A DNA stretch of 64,000 bases from an uncultured bacterium. Lineage in GTDB: Bacteria; 4484-113. Positions 1 to 10,956 of the stretch are shown piece after piece. Within the stretch, counting starts at the first letter, position 1; the number at the start of each line of letters is the position of its first letter. Both the position numbers and the translations under genes were made by a program. The stretch lies in assembly GCA_963749125.1 (NCBI GenBank), contig CAVVLL010000006.1:102882-166881 (forward strand). The letters run 5' to 3'. The notes under the pieces were generated by a model. The model did not search any database. It saw only the letters and a program-made list of their open reading frames with translations, and had not been told where the DNA came from.

Positions 1-1
1 C

Positions 2-925
2 ATTATCGGCATGGACATCAAAGGCCTGACTGTGCAGAAAGTGCTGGTCAGCCAGGCAGTGGACATCGTGCAGGAATACTATCTTGGCCTGACGATGGAC
101 CGCGACGCGCGCAAGCTTGTGCTGATACTCTCGGCATCAGGCGGCGTGGATATTGAAAAAGTCGCCGCGAAGACGCCGGAACTCATTGCGAAGGTGCACA
201 TAGACCCGCTCATTGGATTGCAGGAGTTCCAGCTAAAGCGAGCGATATTCAGCAGCGGCGTGGATGTCACCAAGGCCAAGGAAATCAAGGACATCATCCG
301 CAAGCTGCTCACCTGCTACCTTGCGATTGACGCAAGCCTCGCGGAGATAAACCCGCTCGTCGTGACAAAGGGCGGCGAGGTCATCGCGCTGGATGCGAAG
401 ATAAACATTGACGATAATGCGCTTTACCGCCAGCCGGAGCTGGAGAAACTGCTGGAGGTGGGCGCGGACATGGACGCTATTGAAGCCGAGGCGTACCACA
501 AGGGCATCGCCTATGTTCACCTAAGCGGCGGTAACATCGGCGTGATGGGCAATGGCGCAGGGCTTGTAATGACGACTATGGACGTCATCTCCCGCGCAGG
601 CGGCAAGCCCAATAACTTCCTGGACATTGGCGGCGCTGCAACAACGGAAGTCGTGGAAAACGAGCTGATGCTCATCCTCAAAGACCCCGATGTGAAGGGC
701 ATATTCCTAAACGTCTTTGGAGGCATCGTGCGCTGCGACATGGTCGCAGAAGGCATCCTTGCTGCTTACGAGAAGTTACCGCGCAAGGTGCCCATTGTCT
801 TGCGCATGACCGGCACGAACGAGGACAAGGCGCGCAAGCTGCTTGAAGGCACGCCGCTCATCTACGAAGCGAACACTGAAGCCGGCGCGAAGAAGATCGT
901 GGAGCTCGTGGGAGGTAAGGCGTAA
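2..925 (+). CDS. sucC: Succinyl-CoA synthetase beta subunit, 5'-truncated by the window edge
   Basis: Motifs [34 protein letters not shown]; stop codon overlaps the sucD start (TAATG). Confidence 0.97.
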   Translation: MIGMDIKGLTVQKVLVSQAVDIVQEYYLGLTMDRDARKLVLILSASGGVDIEKVAAKTPELIAKVHIDPLIGLQEFQLKRAIFSSGVDVTKAKEIKDIIRKLLTCYLAIDASLAEINPLVVTKGGEVIALDAKINIDDNALYRQPELEKLLEVGADMDAIEAEAYHKGIAYVHLSGGNIGVMGNGAGLVMTTMDVISRAGGKPNNFLDIGGAATTEVVENELMLILKDPDVKGIFLNVFGGIVRCDMVAEGILAAYEKLPRKVPIVLRMTGTNEDKARKLLEGTPLIYEANTEAGAKKIVELVGGKA

Positions 926-1815
926 TGGCGATACTTGCTGACAGGAACACTCGCGTGTTAGTGCAGGGGCTTACGGGCGCCGAGGGCTCATTTCACACGC
1001 AGCGCATGCTTGATTACGGGACGCAGGTCGTCGCAGGCGTCACCCCCGGCAAGGGCGGCACTTTATGGGCGCCAAGTGGGACGAAGTGGAACGCGCCTGT
1101 CTTCAACACGGTTGAAGAAGCAGTGGAGCAAACGGGCGCAGACGCCAGCGTAATCTTTGTGCCGAAGCAGTTCGCGTCAGATGCAGTGATGGAAGCGGCA
1201 TCAGCAGGCGTTGAACTCATCGTCGCCATCAGTGACGGCATCCCCGTCAACGATATGCTCAAGGTGTATTCCTACATGGAATACACGCTGTCGCGGCTAA
1301 TCGGCCCGAACTGCCCGGGGCTGTTGTGCGTCGGCGAATGCAAGCTTGGCATTATGCCCAATCATATCTTCAAGCCCGGACCGGTCGGCGTAATATCGCG
1401 CAGCGGCACCTTGACATACGAAGTGGTCGACCAGCTCAGCCGTAGCGGCCTGGGCCAGACCACCTGCATCGGAGTTGGGGGCGACCCAATCATCGGCACG
1501 AGCTTCCTCACGCTGCTCATGGACTTTGAGGATGACCCCGACACCGAATGCGTCGTCATCATCGGCGAGATCGGCGGCAGTGACGAAGAAGAAGCCGCCG
1601 ACTACATCCCCGAGATGACCAAACCGGTTGTGGCGTTCATCAGCGGGCGCACAGCCCCTCCTGGCAAGCGCATGGGGCATGCTGGTGCCATCGTCAGCGG
1701 CGGCAAAGGCACTGCGGAAAGTAAGATTGCCGCGTTCAAGGAAGCCGATGTTCCGGTGGCCGATACAATTCCCGACATCGTGCGCTTGTGCAAGGGAAAG
1801 TTGGGGAAGAAGTAA
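925..1815 (+). CDS. sucD: Succinyl-CoA synthetase alpha subunit
   Basis: [30 protein letters not shown] and the phospho-His motif RMGHAGA. Confidence 0.98.
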   Translation: MAILADRNTRVLVQGLTGAEGSFHTQRMLDYGTQVVAGVTPGKGGTLWAPSGTKWNAPVFNTVEEAVEQTGADASVIFVPKQFASDAVMEAASAGVELIVAISDGIPVNDMLKVYSYMEYTLSRLIGPNCPGLLCVGECKLGIMPNHIFKPGPVGVISRSGTLTYEVVDQLSRSGLGQTTCIGVGGDPIIGTSFLTLLMDFEDDPDTECVVIIGEIGGSDEEEAADYIPEMTKPVVAFISGRTAPPGKRMGHAGAIVSGGKGTAESKIAAFKEADVPVADTIPDIVRLCKGKLGKK

Positions 1816-2636
1816 TGCCGGAAGAACGAGAAAGTTGCGAGATACCTGCGATTGGCATCGTGCTAGACCAAATCGCGGAAGCTGCCGGCTATATTTGGAT
1901 GCAGCACTGGGCGGAAGCCAACGCAGGCAACATTACCGTGAACGTCACGGACATTCTTGATAGCGCCAAGTTGCCGCTCGCAGTGCGCAAAGTTGGTCTG
2001 CCCAGGGCGTATCCCATCCTCGCGGGGCAGCTTATCCTTGTGACCGTAACCGGCTCGCGCATGCGCGAAACAGCCGATGACCCGGCGGCCGCCTGTATGC
2101 TGCTGCGCATAGAAGAAGGCGGGGCGGCATACAGCGTCTTGGCGGCTTTCAACGCATCAGGCAGGCCGACTTCCGAGCTGGCATCGCATCTGCTTATTCA
2201 TGAAATGCTGCTGGAAACGGGCAGCGCGCTGCGCACGGTCGTGCACACGCACCCGCCGGAATTGGTGGCGCTGACGCATGCCGCCGAGACCAAGCCGGAA
2301 GGATGGCTGAACGACGCGCTGTGGGCGGCGCATGCCGAGGTGAAGATATTCTTCCCTGGCGGGGTAGGGCACGTTCCCTACATCATGCCCGGGTCGGAAG
2401 CGCTGGCAGAGGCTACTGTGGAAGCTCTGCGAACCCATCCCGTCGTCGTATGGGCGCGCCACGGCGCTTTGGCGCTGGGAGAGAATGCGCTGGACGCTTT
2501 TGACGCGCTGGATACGCTCAACAAGGCCGCCGGTATCTGGCTCACCTGCCGCGCCGCCGGCGTTGAGCCCACGCCGCTGTCTGCGGCTGAGTTGGCGGAA
2601 CTTGGAAGCTACTTGAAGAAGCTTAAGGGCGAATAG
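1815..2636 (+). CDS. rhaD: Class II aldolase, rhamnulose-1-phosphate aldolase-like
   Basis: [18 protein letters not shown], Zn ligands HTHP and WARHG; ATG at 1815 overlaps the sucD stop. Confidence 0.75.
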   Translation: MPEERESCEIPAIGIVLDQIAEAAGYIWMQHWAEANAGNITVNVTDILDSAKLPLAVRKVGLPRAYPILAGQLILVTVTGSRMRETADDPAAACMLLRIEEGGAAYSVLAAFNASGRPTSELASHLLIHEMLLETGSALRTVVHTHPPELVALTHAAETKPEGWLNDALWAAHAEVKIFFPGGVGHVPYIMPGSEALAEATVEALRTHPVVVWARHGALALGENALDAFDALDTLNKAAGIWLTCRAAGVEPTPLSAAELAELGSYLKKLKGE

Positions 2637-2654
2637 ATACTTTCCGAATTGATT

Positions 2655-5413
2655 CTACTTGCGTTTCTTCTTCGCCCGTTCTTTTGATTGTCTCTTTCGT
2701 TTTCTCAGGTGTCTCGGGTCTTGAAGGTTCTTCGATCTTGATTTCTCTTGATCGTCAGCTAATTTGCTTTTTCTGATTTGTGCTTTGGTTTTCGTTGCGC
2801 GCAGCCTGTTTGTTTCAATCTTTGCTTCTGCTTCACGTATCTTAGCTTGCTCTTCTCGCTGTCTCGCTTTCTCTGCCATACGCCATTCCATCTGTGTTAC
2901 AAATAGTGGTTTCTCTAAATCAGGGGTGAGATTGAATGCGTCATCAAAGTTAGCAGCAGACTTAATTTCAAGCTCATGGATATAGCGGCTTCTCTGTTCG
3001 CTAAAACGCATTTTGGATGCATCAATACTCCTCTCGAAAAAGCGAGTGTAGCGCTCTTTATCAATAAACGATATTCCTGCGTAATAGTACTCTTGTAGCA
3101 TACATTGCTGGAGTAGCTCAGGATCTAATCTGCCCTGCGGTAAGGAAGAAATATACCTGTACAACGCGTCTGATGTCCACGTAACAACAGCATCTGGCTT
3201 GAATACATCGTCAATGACGCGACTTTGGGATACGAAATAGAATCGTTCAGCAGTGCAATCGTTTAGTAACTTGTATTGGCCTGCCCGAAGACGATTCACT
3301 AAGAGCCAAATCTCTGCTTCTGCTTCAATTTGAAGGGAGGAGCGATAATTACCCTTTCTCGAACGCTCGTTGTAGATCTGCGCTTGTACATCGTTGATAT
3401 CTCCCCAAAGCGCTTGATCAAAACCGTTAACCTCCTCAATTGGCTCTACAATTATGCTGTAATCTAGTAAGATGCCCCGTAGAGACGCTTCGCCAGGCAG
3501 GTGATGATGTACTAGGTCGATATAGTCATTAAACCCGCTAACTCTGCGATCTGCGCTAAGCCTTATGTAGCCATCCAAGAACAGGTTCTGCTTGAAGCTA
3601 CCTTTGATTAACGCAGCTCGTAAGAATTCCGCAGAGCTTTCTCCTGCCCGGTCTACAAAATCAACTGCCCAGTTGAAATGATCCCTAACTTCTCTTAATA
3701 ATTTTTTGGTTGTGTGAAGAGATGCGCCCAGTGAAATTAGCCTAGTAAACAGCTCAACGGCAAATTCGTGATTATGACAACCGACAGCTATTAGTGGGAG
3801 GAGAACACTGAGAGTTGCAGAACCACAAAGTCTTGGAAAATATATCTTGCCGTATCAACGAACAACTCGGATCTAGCCCAAGCATATGATAAAGGAAGAA
3901 TCCCTGTGAGACAGAAGCAAGGTATGTTTTCTGTCGAGAGCTCGGCTCTATCAGGAATTGGTGCATTGCATCAATGAAGGCTCGGATAAGTAGGGGATCG
4001 GATAATGAGCGTGCCTTTTTCGAGATTAATCCGAATATGTCGGTAAGCTCGTTTCCAGTGGCCTTTTGGTCGCCAAAGACCCGATTTGCGATTACTAGCC
4101 CGCGCTTATCGAAACAGCTTACGATAGAATCTTCTGCTAGAACGCGACACTCGGGAATCTGGCTCTCAGAGATAGATTTATAGCTTTCCCTGAGCGTTAA
4201 ACTCAAACTGACCATAAGCAAGTTCTCTTTCAGTTTCGCGGATTATACGAGATTCTTGAACCTTCTCCTCTCCTCGCTCGGTAATAGAGAGTGTGTCGAG
4301 GTTGATTACAGCTAGGCCATTGTTGACCAGATCCTCGACGGCAGCTTTGACATGAGGGTCGTATATGTGTCTCGCCTGTCCCATGGCTTTCATGGATGGA
4401 GATGATACTATTTCATCAATAGTCATTCCATCTTCTCTATTAGCCTGTAGTACTGATAATATTAATGGCGCAAGATTACTGCCCCCTTCTGCATCTTGGA
4501 GACGAGTATATAAATAGAGCGATATTGCGGCACTGGTCTCTTCTTCTGGTGTAGTAATGGTTTCGATACCTTGACCATGAAACGAACGAGGTGCTATGAA
4601 TTTATCTGCTACTCTAAGTGTTTTCAACAGCTCTTGGTGCTTACCATCTTCGTTATTATAGTTGATCAATACAATCGAGTACTGCTCAAACAACTCACTT
4701 TCCTCTGCTTGCGTGAAGCCAGTCGCTAACATAAATATCGGATGTTCAGGGTTAGCATACTCCTTTGCAAGTTTGAGTATATAGCTAATTCCAGGATCGC
4801 TTAGACTTAATCCTATGATAAGCAGATTGAACTTGACGAATATACTCTTAAGTTCATCACGAAAATATTGCTTTGAGGAGTCGAAGTAATAGCGGCTATA
4901 ATCTTCTGAAGTGAGTATCAAATCCTTCGGATGCTTTAAATCCGAATGTAGTTTCAATATCAGATTACTAACGTTATCGCGGACAAGTAGAAAATCTGAC
5001 TTCTGGTTATTACATACTTGAAAATAGATTCCTCTATCACGAAGGTAGGAATACAGTTCGTCATCATAATTTGTTGTTAGATAGCAGGCAAATGGCCATT
5101 TGGCTAGTAGCTCATAAAGCCTTCCTCTATAATCTGAGGCAGGATGGAGAATACTTTCGATGACTTCGATAAGCTTCCCTCTACCGCCAAGCTCACGTTC
5201 TGCTAATCTGAAAAGCTCTGGGTATCTACGCTCCTTTAAGAACTTCTCATAATCTCCAGGATTTGTAACAAGGCCCTTAGCACTTACGATCTCATAAGTC
5301 TTTTGAGCAAGCTCATACCAGTCTGGGTATCCTTTTTCTATTGATGGCCCAGCTCCAACTAACGCAAAACACCGGCCTTCGTTAATATAACGCACCAATC
5401 TTTCATCAAGCAT
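2655..5413 (-). CDS. SIR2-family protein with a C-terminal PIN-like region, about 918 aa; split into three ORFs by two +1 frameshifts (about 4199 and about 3812); candidate anti-phage defence gene
   Basis: LVGAGPS..GYPDW, TTNYD, KLHS, IIGLSLSD motifs; removing 2 nt from the 2759-nt span gives 919 codons; visibly more AT-rich than its flanks. Confidence 0.8.
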
Positions 5414-5436
5414 ATAGCCCTCGTGAAATAATCTTA

Positions 5437-5507
5437 CTGGGGCGGAAGGATTTGAACCTTCGATCGAGGCTCCAAAGGCCCCTGCCTTACCGCTTGGCTA
5501 CGCCCCA
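5437..5507 (-). tRNA. tRNA-Gln (anticodon TTG), CCA not encoded
   Basis: Reverse complement TGGGGCGTAGCCAAGCGGTAAGGCAGGGGCCTTTGGAGCCTCGATCGAAGGTTCAAATCCTTCCGCCCCAG folds as a cloverleaf with anticodon loop CT-TTG-GA and T-loop GTTCAAATC. Confidence 0.96.
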
Positions 5508-5570
5508 TGGCGGCGATAACTTTATCATAAAGCAGGTGCTTGCGAGCAAGCGGGAGGCATAGCAATGAGC

Positions 5571-7976
5571 TTACAGCCTGAATAGCCTTAAGCGTAGCGA
5601 ATTCCCCACGACGGTGACGGAGGAGATTGCCATCGCCAGAGCGGCAAGCATGGGCTGCATCTGCGGGCCGTGGAAGATGACGAGGACGCCCGCGGCGATG
5701 GGTATCAGCACGACGTTGTAGGCGAACGCCCAGAACAGGTTTTGGCGGATGACTGCCATCGTCGCGCGCGAGATGCGGATGGCGCGCACGGCGTCGGCAA
5801 GCGAGTTGCGCAGGAGCACGATACCCGCCGATTCGATGGCGATGTCGGTGCCGCGTCCTACGGCGATGCCGACGTCAGCCGCCGCGAGCGCAGGTGCGTC
5901 GTTGATGCCGTCGCCAATCATCAGCACGCGCTTTCCCCGCGCTTTCACTTCGGCGACCTTCGCCGCCTTGTCTTGCGGCATCAGCCCGGCGAATACTTCA
6001 TCGGCGCGCACTTCATCAACGATACGCTGCGCAGAAGCCGCGTTGTCGCCGGTCACGATGATTGTGTGCATGCCCATGCGCTTCAGGTCGGCGATGGCGT
6101 CCGGCGAGTTTGCTCGCGTGCGGTCTTCAAGCAATATTGCGCCTAGCAGCTTGCCCGCCCGCGCGACTAATATCTGCGTACCTGCGCCGATATCGGGCAA
6201 CGAAACGCCGCGTTCGCTGAGGAACTTCGCATTTCCTGCGAGGACTTCTGCGCCGTTAATTGTGCCTGACACGCCCTGGCCTGCGTGGCTTACGAAATCA
6301 TATATCTCTGTCCTAGCGAGCTTCAGCTCATCGGCATGTCGCACGACGGCTTGCGCCAGTGGATGCTCCGAGCTGGCTTCCAATGATGCTGCAAGCCGAA
6401 GCAGCTCATCGGAGCTAACGCTTGACTGCGGGATGACTTCGCGCACTTCAGGGCGGCCTTCGGTGATGACGCCCGTCTTGTCCAGCAAGGCGACTTCGGC
6501 CTTGCCCGCCATCTCCAGCGCCTCGCCATTGCGCACGAGGATGCCACCTTCGGCCGCTTTGCCGATGCCCACGACGAGCGCAGCAGGCGTCGCCAGCCCA
6601 AGGGCGCAGGGGCATGACACAATGAGCACGCTGATGGCGGCAATGATGGCGTGCGACAGCTCAGGCTGCGGGCCGAATATCATCCACGCAATGAATGAAA
6701 GCGCTGCGATAACCAGCACTACGGGGACAAAGATGGCCGCGATGGCGTCGGCAAGCCCTTGGATGGGCGCTTTGGATGCTTGCGCTTCCCTGACCAGCGC
6801 GATAACTTGCGAAAGGACGGTTTCTGCGCCGACCTGCTCTGCCTTGAAGGTGAACGCGCCGTAGGTGTTGACTGTGCCTGCCAGCACGCGGTCCCCGGGG
6901 GCTTTCTCCACCGGTATTGGCTCGCCGGTGACCATGCTTTCATCCAGCGCAGAATTGCCGTCAGCTAGCGTGCCGTCAGCCGCAACCTTCTCGCCGGGCC
7001 GCACGACAACGATGTCACCGACCACTATCTCGGCGATAGGTATTTCCACTTCCGTGCCGTCGCGCAGCACTCGCGCAGTCGGCGGCGCCAGCTTCATCAT
7101 CTTGCGCAAACTGCCCGAAGTCTTTCCCTTCGTCCATTCCTCAATCGTCTTGCCGACGAGAATAAGGGCGATGATGGCTGCGCAGGTTTCAAAGTAGAGC
7201 GGCGAGTTGCCGTGCACATACATAGAAGCGGGTAGCGCGCCGGGGAATATCAGCGATACTGCGCTGAACCAGAAAGCAGCGCTGGCGCCTAAGCCTACCA
7301 GTGTATTCATGTCGGCGCGAAAGCGGCGGGCGCTCATCACCATGCCGCGCAGGAACGGCCAGCCGCCATAGAAGTAGACGGGGATGGTGAGGATGAATTC
7401 CAGCCAGCGCGTTGTGCCCGTGTGCGTGCCAAACGCCATGCCGCCCATCGCAATTGCGACGACGATGGCCGCGAGAACGACGCTTATGGATAGGCGGATA
7501 ATCGCCCGGCGCAATCGCGCCTGCTCCTGGCGCTCAATGTCTTCGGCGCTGTCGCTAACGAGCTTCGCGGAATACTCGCCTTCACGTGCCAGCGCTTCAT
7601 TTACTGCGCGGATATCCAGCGTGCCGCCAATGATGCTAAGCGAGGCTGTGTTCGTCGCGAGGCTGACTGACGCGCTGATAACCCAAGGGAACGCCTCGAG
7701 GGCATGCGTCACGTGCTTCACGCAGGCGGCGCAGGTCATCCCTTCTACAGCGAGGGTAAGAGTCTCCACGACCGGTTCATAGCCTGAGGCGCGTATCATC
7801 TGCGCGGTCTTTGCCGCGTCAAAGCCTTCGGCTATTTCAACGAGCGCGATGCCGTTCACGGAATCGACCGATGCCGACACTACTCCTGACAGCGATGTGA
7901 GCGTGCCTTCAATGGAGCGCGCGCAGGATGCACAGTCCATGCCCTTGATCGGCATCGTTATCCGGCTGGTGGTCAT
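5571..7976 (-). CDS. copA: Cu(I)-translocating P1B-type ATPase with two HMA domains
   Basis: GMDCASC and GMTCAAC; TGEP; [10 protein letters not shown]; DKTG; SEHPL; GDGINDAP; YN and MxxSS membrane ligands. Confidence 0.96.
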   Translation of the reverse strand: MTTSRITMPIKGMDCASCARSIEGTLTSLSGVVSASVDSVNGIALVEIAEGFDAAKTAQMIRASGYEPVVETLTLAVEGMTCAACVKHVTHALEAFPWVISASVSLATNTASLSIIGGTLDIRAVNEALAREGEYSAKLVSDSAEDIERQEQARLRRAIIRLSISVVLAAIVVAIAMGGMAFGTHTGTTRWLEFILTIPVYFYGGWPFLRGMVMSARRFRADMNTLVGLGASAAFWFSAVSLIFPGALPASMYVHGNSPLYFETCAAIIALILVGKTIEEWTKGKTSGSLRKMMKLAPPTARVLRDGTEVEIPIAEIVVGDIVVVRPGEKVAADGTLADGNSALDESMVTGEPIPVEKAPGDRVLAGTVNTYGAFTFKAEQVGAETVLSQVIALVREAQASKAPIQGLADAIAAIFVPVVLVIAALSFIAWMIFGPQPELSHAIIAAISVLIVSCPCALGLATPAALVVGIGKAAEGGILVRNGEALEMAGKAEVALLDKTGVITEGRPEVREVIPQSSVSSDELLRLAASLEASSEHPLAQAVVRHADELKLARTEIYDFVSHAGQGVSGTINGAEVLAGNAKFLSERGVSLPDIGAGTQILVARAGKLLGAILLEDRTRANSPDAIADLKRMGMHTIIVTGDNAASAQRIVDEVRADEVFAGLMPQDKAAKVAEVKARGKRVLMIGDGINDAPALAAADVGIAVGRGTDIAIESAGIVLLRNSLADAVRAIRISRATMAVIRQNLFWAFAYNVVLIPIAAGVLVIFHGPQMQPMLAALAMAISSVTVVGNSLRLRLFRL

Positions 7977-9169
7977 GAAGTTGATACCGGGATGTCGGCA
8001 GTATTGGCGTAGCGCTTGATAGCTGCAACTAACTCAGCCAGACCTTTGCCAGTTACCGCGCTTACAAGAACCGAATCGGGATACTGCTCGCGCAGGACAA
8101 TGAGTGGACATTCGTCACCAATCAAGTCCGCCTTGTTGAACACGACTAGTCGTGGGATGCCGCCAAGGCCGAAGTCTTCAAGTATCTTCGCGCCGCTATC
8201 CAACTTGAACTCCACGTTCTCCTGCGACGCGTCAACGACATGCAAGAGCAGATTACTCTCCGCGACTTCGTCCATCGTTGCGCGGAACGCGTTGATAAGC
8301 GATTTCGGCAGGCCGTCAAGGAAGCCGACTGTATCGCAGATCACCGCGTTCATGCCGCTTTCTAGAAAGAGGCTGCGAGCGGCAGGATCCAGCGTGGTGA
8401 AGTAGCGCTCGGCGACTTCCTCGCCGCTCTTAGTAAGTGCATTTATCAGCGAGGACTTACCGGAGTTGGTGTAGCCGATGAGGGTAACGGTGAACACGCC
8501 GCTGCGGACGCGCTTCCTGCGCCGAAGCTCGCGCACGTTCCTCACGTGCTTAAGTTCTTCTTCCAAGCGCAGTACCTTTTTACGGATGCGGTCTTTCGTC
8601 AGGCGGGTAATTTGCTCACCGCTACCGCCACGCGTACCCATGTCGCCGCCGGTTCGGGACATATCTTTCCCCACCCCGATGACGCGCGGAAGCTCGTAGC
8701 TTAGGCGCGCCAACTCTACTTGAAGGCGCCCCTCGCTGGTCTTGGCATTGGCCTCAAAGATCTCAAAGATGACGTCGGCGCGCGTGAGGATGGGCACACC
8801 CCATGTTTCCTCTAAGTTGCGCTGGTGGACCGGAGATAGTGGTGCGTTCGTCACCACGTTGGATGGCTCAAGATTCTTGATAGCCAAGCCTATTTCTTCA
8901 ACCTGGCCTTTACCGATAAAGGTACGCGAAGAAGGTTTGCGGACACGGAACTTCATCACTCGGCCGATGGCGAATTCGCCTGCTATCGCAAGCTCAATAA
9001 AGTCGTAGTCTTCCTGAGGGTTGCGGCCCGAATGGCTGTAGCGTTTTGCGAACAACCCGGCCTGTTCTTCAGTCAGGGTAGGGGGAGGGCATTTCGGGGC
9101 TGGCCTGCGCCGCCCCCAATGCGAGGCATCAGAACCATCTACCAGCAATACGAGTGCGAGCTTTTTCAC
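7973..9169 (-). CDS. hflX: Ribosome-splitting GTPase HflX
   Basis: [40 protein letters not shown]. Confidence 0.95.
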   Translation of the reverse strand: MKKLALVLLVDGSDASHWGRRRPAPKCPPPTLTEEQAGLFAKRYSHSGRNPQEDYDFIELAIAGEFAIGRVMKFRVRKPSSRTFIGKGQVEEIGLAIKNLEPSNVVTNAPLSPVHQRNLEETWGVPILTRADVIFEIFEANAKTSEGRLQVELARLSYELPRVIGVGKDMSRTGGDMGTRGGSGEQITRLTKDRIRKKVLRLEEELKHVRNVRELRRRKRVRSGVFTVTLIGYTNSGKSSLINALTKSGEEVAERYFTTLDPAARSLFLESGMNAVICDTVGFLDGLPKSLINAFRATMDEVAESNLLLHVVDASQENVEFKLDSGAKILEDFGLGGIPRLVVFNKADLIGDECPLIVLREQYPDSVLVSAVTGKGLAELVAAIKRYANTADIPVSTS

Positions 9170-9211
9170 GCTACTATTCTACGACAAATTGAAGTGTGGC
9201 ATAATTCGCCA

Positions 9212-9562
9212 ATGCCAGATAACGAAATGCACTTCGTCCCCAAGGGCTGGGGCAGCGAATTGTGGATACACAACGACGAGCTATACTGCGGTAAGAAGCT
9301 GGTGCTTCTCAAGGGTAAGCGCTGCAGCTTGCATTTTCACAAGCTGAAGACCGAGACGTTTTACGTGCAGTCCGGCAAGGTACAGATGGAGCTGAAGTAC
9401 CCCGACGGCACTGAAAAGACGGTGGTGCTGGGGCCTGGCGATACAGTCCACCTTCCCCCTAGGACAGTGCATCGGTTCACGGGCATTCAGGATGCTGAAA
9501 TATTTGAGTTCTCAACCCAGCACTTTGACGAAGACTCTCACCGCATTGAGAAGGGCGATTAA
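9212..9562 (+). CDS. Cupin domain protein (mannose-6-phosphate isomerase-like)
   Basis: KGWGSELW, SLHFHxxKxETF and PxxxHRF cupin motifs; ATG at 9212. Confidence 0.85.
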   Translation: MPDNEMHFVPKGWGSELWIHNDELYCGKKLVLLKGKRCSLHFHKLKTETFYVQSGKVQMELKYPDGTEKTVVLGPGDTVHLPPRTVHRFTGIQDAEIFEFSTQHFDEDSHRIEKGD

Positions 9563-9564
9563 TC

Positions 9565-10053
9565 CTAATTGCCGGAGCTGAAGTAATCCTGGATAGCATT
9601 CTCGGCGGCTTGCGACATAGCTTCAAACCTCTCACGCCCGCCTTCCGCAAGCACACGCGACATAACGAGCGGGGCGCCGCCTGCAGTGCGCTGCACCATC
9701 GCGCTTGAGCCGACAGCGGATATGTAGGTGCGGTAAGCCTTGATAGCCTCCAAGGTCTGGAAGCTCGCCTTCTCGGCAAACTCCGCGCTGCTAAGCAAGG
9801 CATCGGCTGTATCAAGCTTAAGCGAAAGCTGCGTGACGCCCGTCGGCATCGCCAGCTCGCGCCGATTGAACTCAATATCTTCAAGGAGCTTGCGCGCAAG
9901 ATTCGACGCGTTGGCCTGCGCTTTCGCCAGGCCCTTCTTCTTGCCGGCGGCTGAAGTCAGGACGATGACTTCAACGATTGTTGAAATGACGAGAACAACA
10001 ACGATGATTATGATTAATGATGAGCTCACAGCAATTCCCTCCTGGGCACTCAT
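9565..10053 (-). CDS. Hypothetical protein with one N-terminal transmembrane helix
   Basis: Hydrophobic run LIIIIVVVLVISTIVEVIVL followed by KKK; fills the intergenic gap. Confidence 0.65.
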   Translation of the reverse strand: MSAQEGIAVSSSLIIIIVVVLVISTIVEVIVLTSAAGKKKGLAKAQANASNLARKLLEDIEFNRRELAMPTGVTQLSLKLDTADALLSSAEFAEKASFQTLEAIKAYRTYISAVGSSAMVQRTAGGAPLVMSRVLAEGGRERFEAMSQAAENAIQDYFSSGN

Positions 10054-10113
10054 ATAATACACGATAGAGTGGGGTTGCTTGAACTCAAGGCGAATGTGCG
10101 GGACAATGACATC

Positions 10114-10689
10114 ATGTTTAAAAGGTTAACCGCTTACATGCTTCTGGCCGTCCTCGTCGCCGCTACCGCCGTTTGCGGGTCAAAGACGCGTAAGGAAGCC
10201 GAATTCTTGCAGGCTAACCTTACTCAAGGCGCTAAAAGCAAAGTTGAAATCAAGACTACCACCGGCACCAGCACGACTGGGAATGCTATACAAATTGTTA
10301 TTTTGTCGTTTATGACTAACGAGGATGTGTCAGCCTACCGCGACAAGACCAATGAGCTGCTTATCGGCCGCGGATATACGCAAGCGATGAACCTGTCAAC
10401 GCCCAACGAGTTCAGCGTTGCATACGACGGCCTGGAAGGCAGGATACACGTTGAGGTGCTAGCGGAGGTGGCTTTGCCTGGGGCGTCTGAGATGACGCAG
10501 CTTCCGGCCGAAGATTTACCTAAAGAAGAGGCTAAGAAAGCTCCTGAGCCGCCTAAAGAGCCTGTAGACGAAAACCAGCCGCCTCTGCAAGGCATAGGCG
10601 CGAGCGGGAAGAAAGATGAAGTGGCGGTGCCGAAAGGGCCTGAAACACCGACCGACGTTCACAAGATAACCATCAAGATAAGCTACTGA
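10114..10689 (+). CDS. Hypothetical lipoprotein or secreted protein with a Pro/Glu-rich segment
   Basis: Signal peptide MFKRLTAYMLLAVLVAATAVCG with a lipobox-like Cys. Confidence 0.7.
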   Translation: MFKRLTAYMLLAVLVAATAVCGSKTRKEAEFLQANLTQGAKSKVEIKTTTGTSTTGNAIQIVILSFMTNEDVSAYRDKTNELLIGRGYTQAMNLSTPNEFSVAYDGLEGRIHVEVLAEVALPGASEMTQLPAEDLPKEEAKKAPEPPKEPVDENQPPLQGIGASGKKDEVAVPKGPETPTDVHKITIKISY

Positions 10690-10858
10690 GAGCGCTGACA
10701 TGCTTCCGTGGGCTGACGCTTACCTAAGCCTTCAAGAGCCCAACTAGCAGTGAGCTCAACTAGTAGGTAGAAGGGCGGTAGATGCTCATACACGGCCTTG
10801 TCACAATTCTCATTCATTGCTTAGCTAACACGGGTGTTAAAAACTTGCATACGTCGCT

Positions 10859-10886
10859 ATGTAACATAATAAGTATTATGGGCGTA
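10859..10886 (-). other. dif-like XerCD recombination site
   Basis: TACGCCCATAA-TACTTA-TTATGTTACAT has 11-6-11 geometry; the XerD arm matches E. coli TTATGTTAAAT at 10/11; lies in an AT-rich gap between convergent genes. Confidence 0.8.
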
Positions 10887-10956
10887 TTCTGTAGGTATCT
10901 AACGAGGCTTCTATAATTCGTTAGGCTGCTTGGATCCCTAAATTCAAGGCGATCCC

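Noticed and set aside
2637-5507. Prophage or integrative element at tRNA-Gln
   Set aside because: No integrase, phage genes or att direct repeat visible
5749-6864. 371-aa plus-strand ORF and similar long antisense ORFs (12055-12858, 19405-20043, 36521-37378, 44448-45173)
   Set aside because: Shadow frames of well-supported GC-rich genes; no motifs or translation signals
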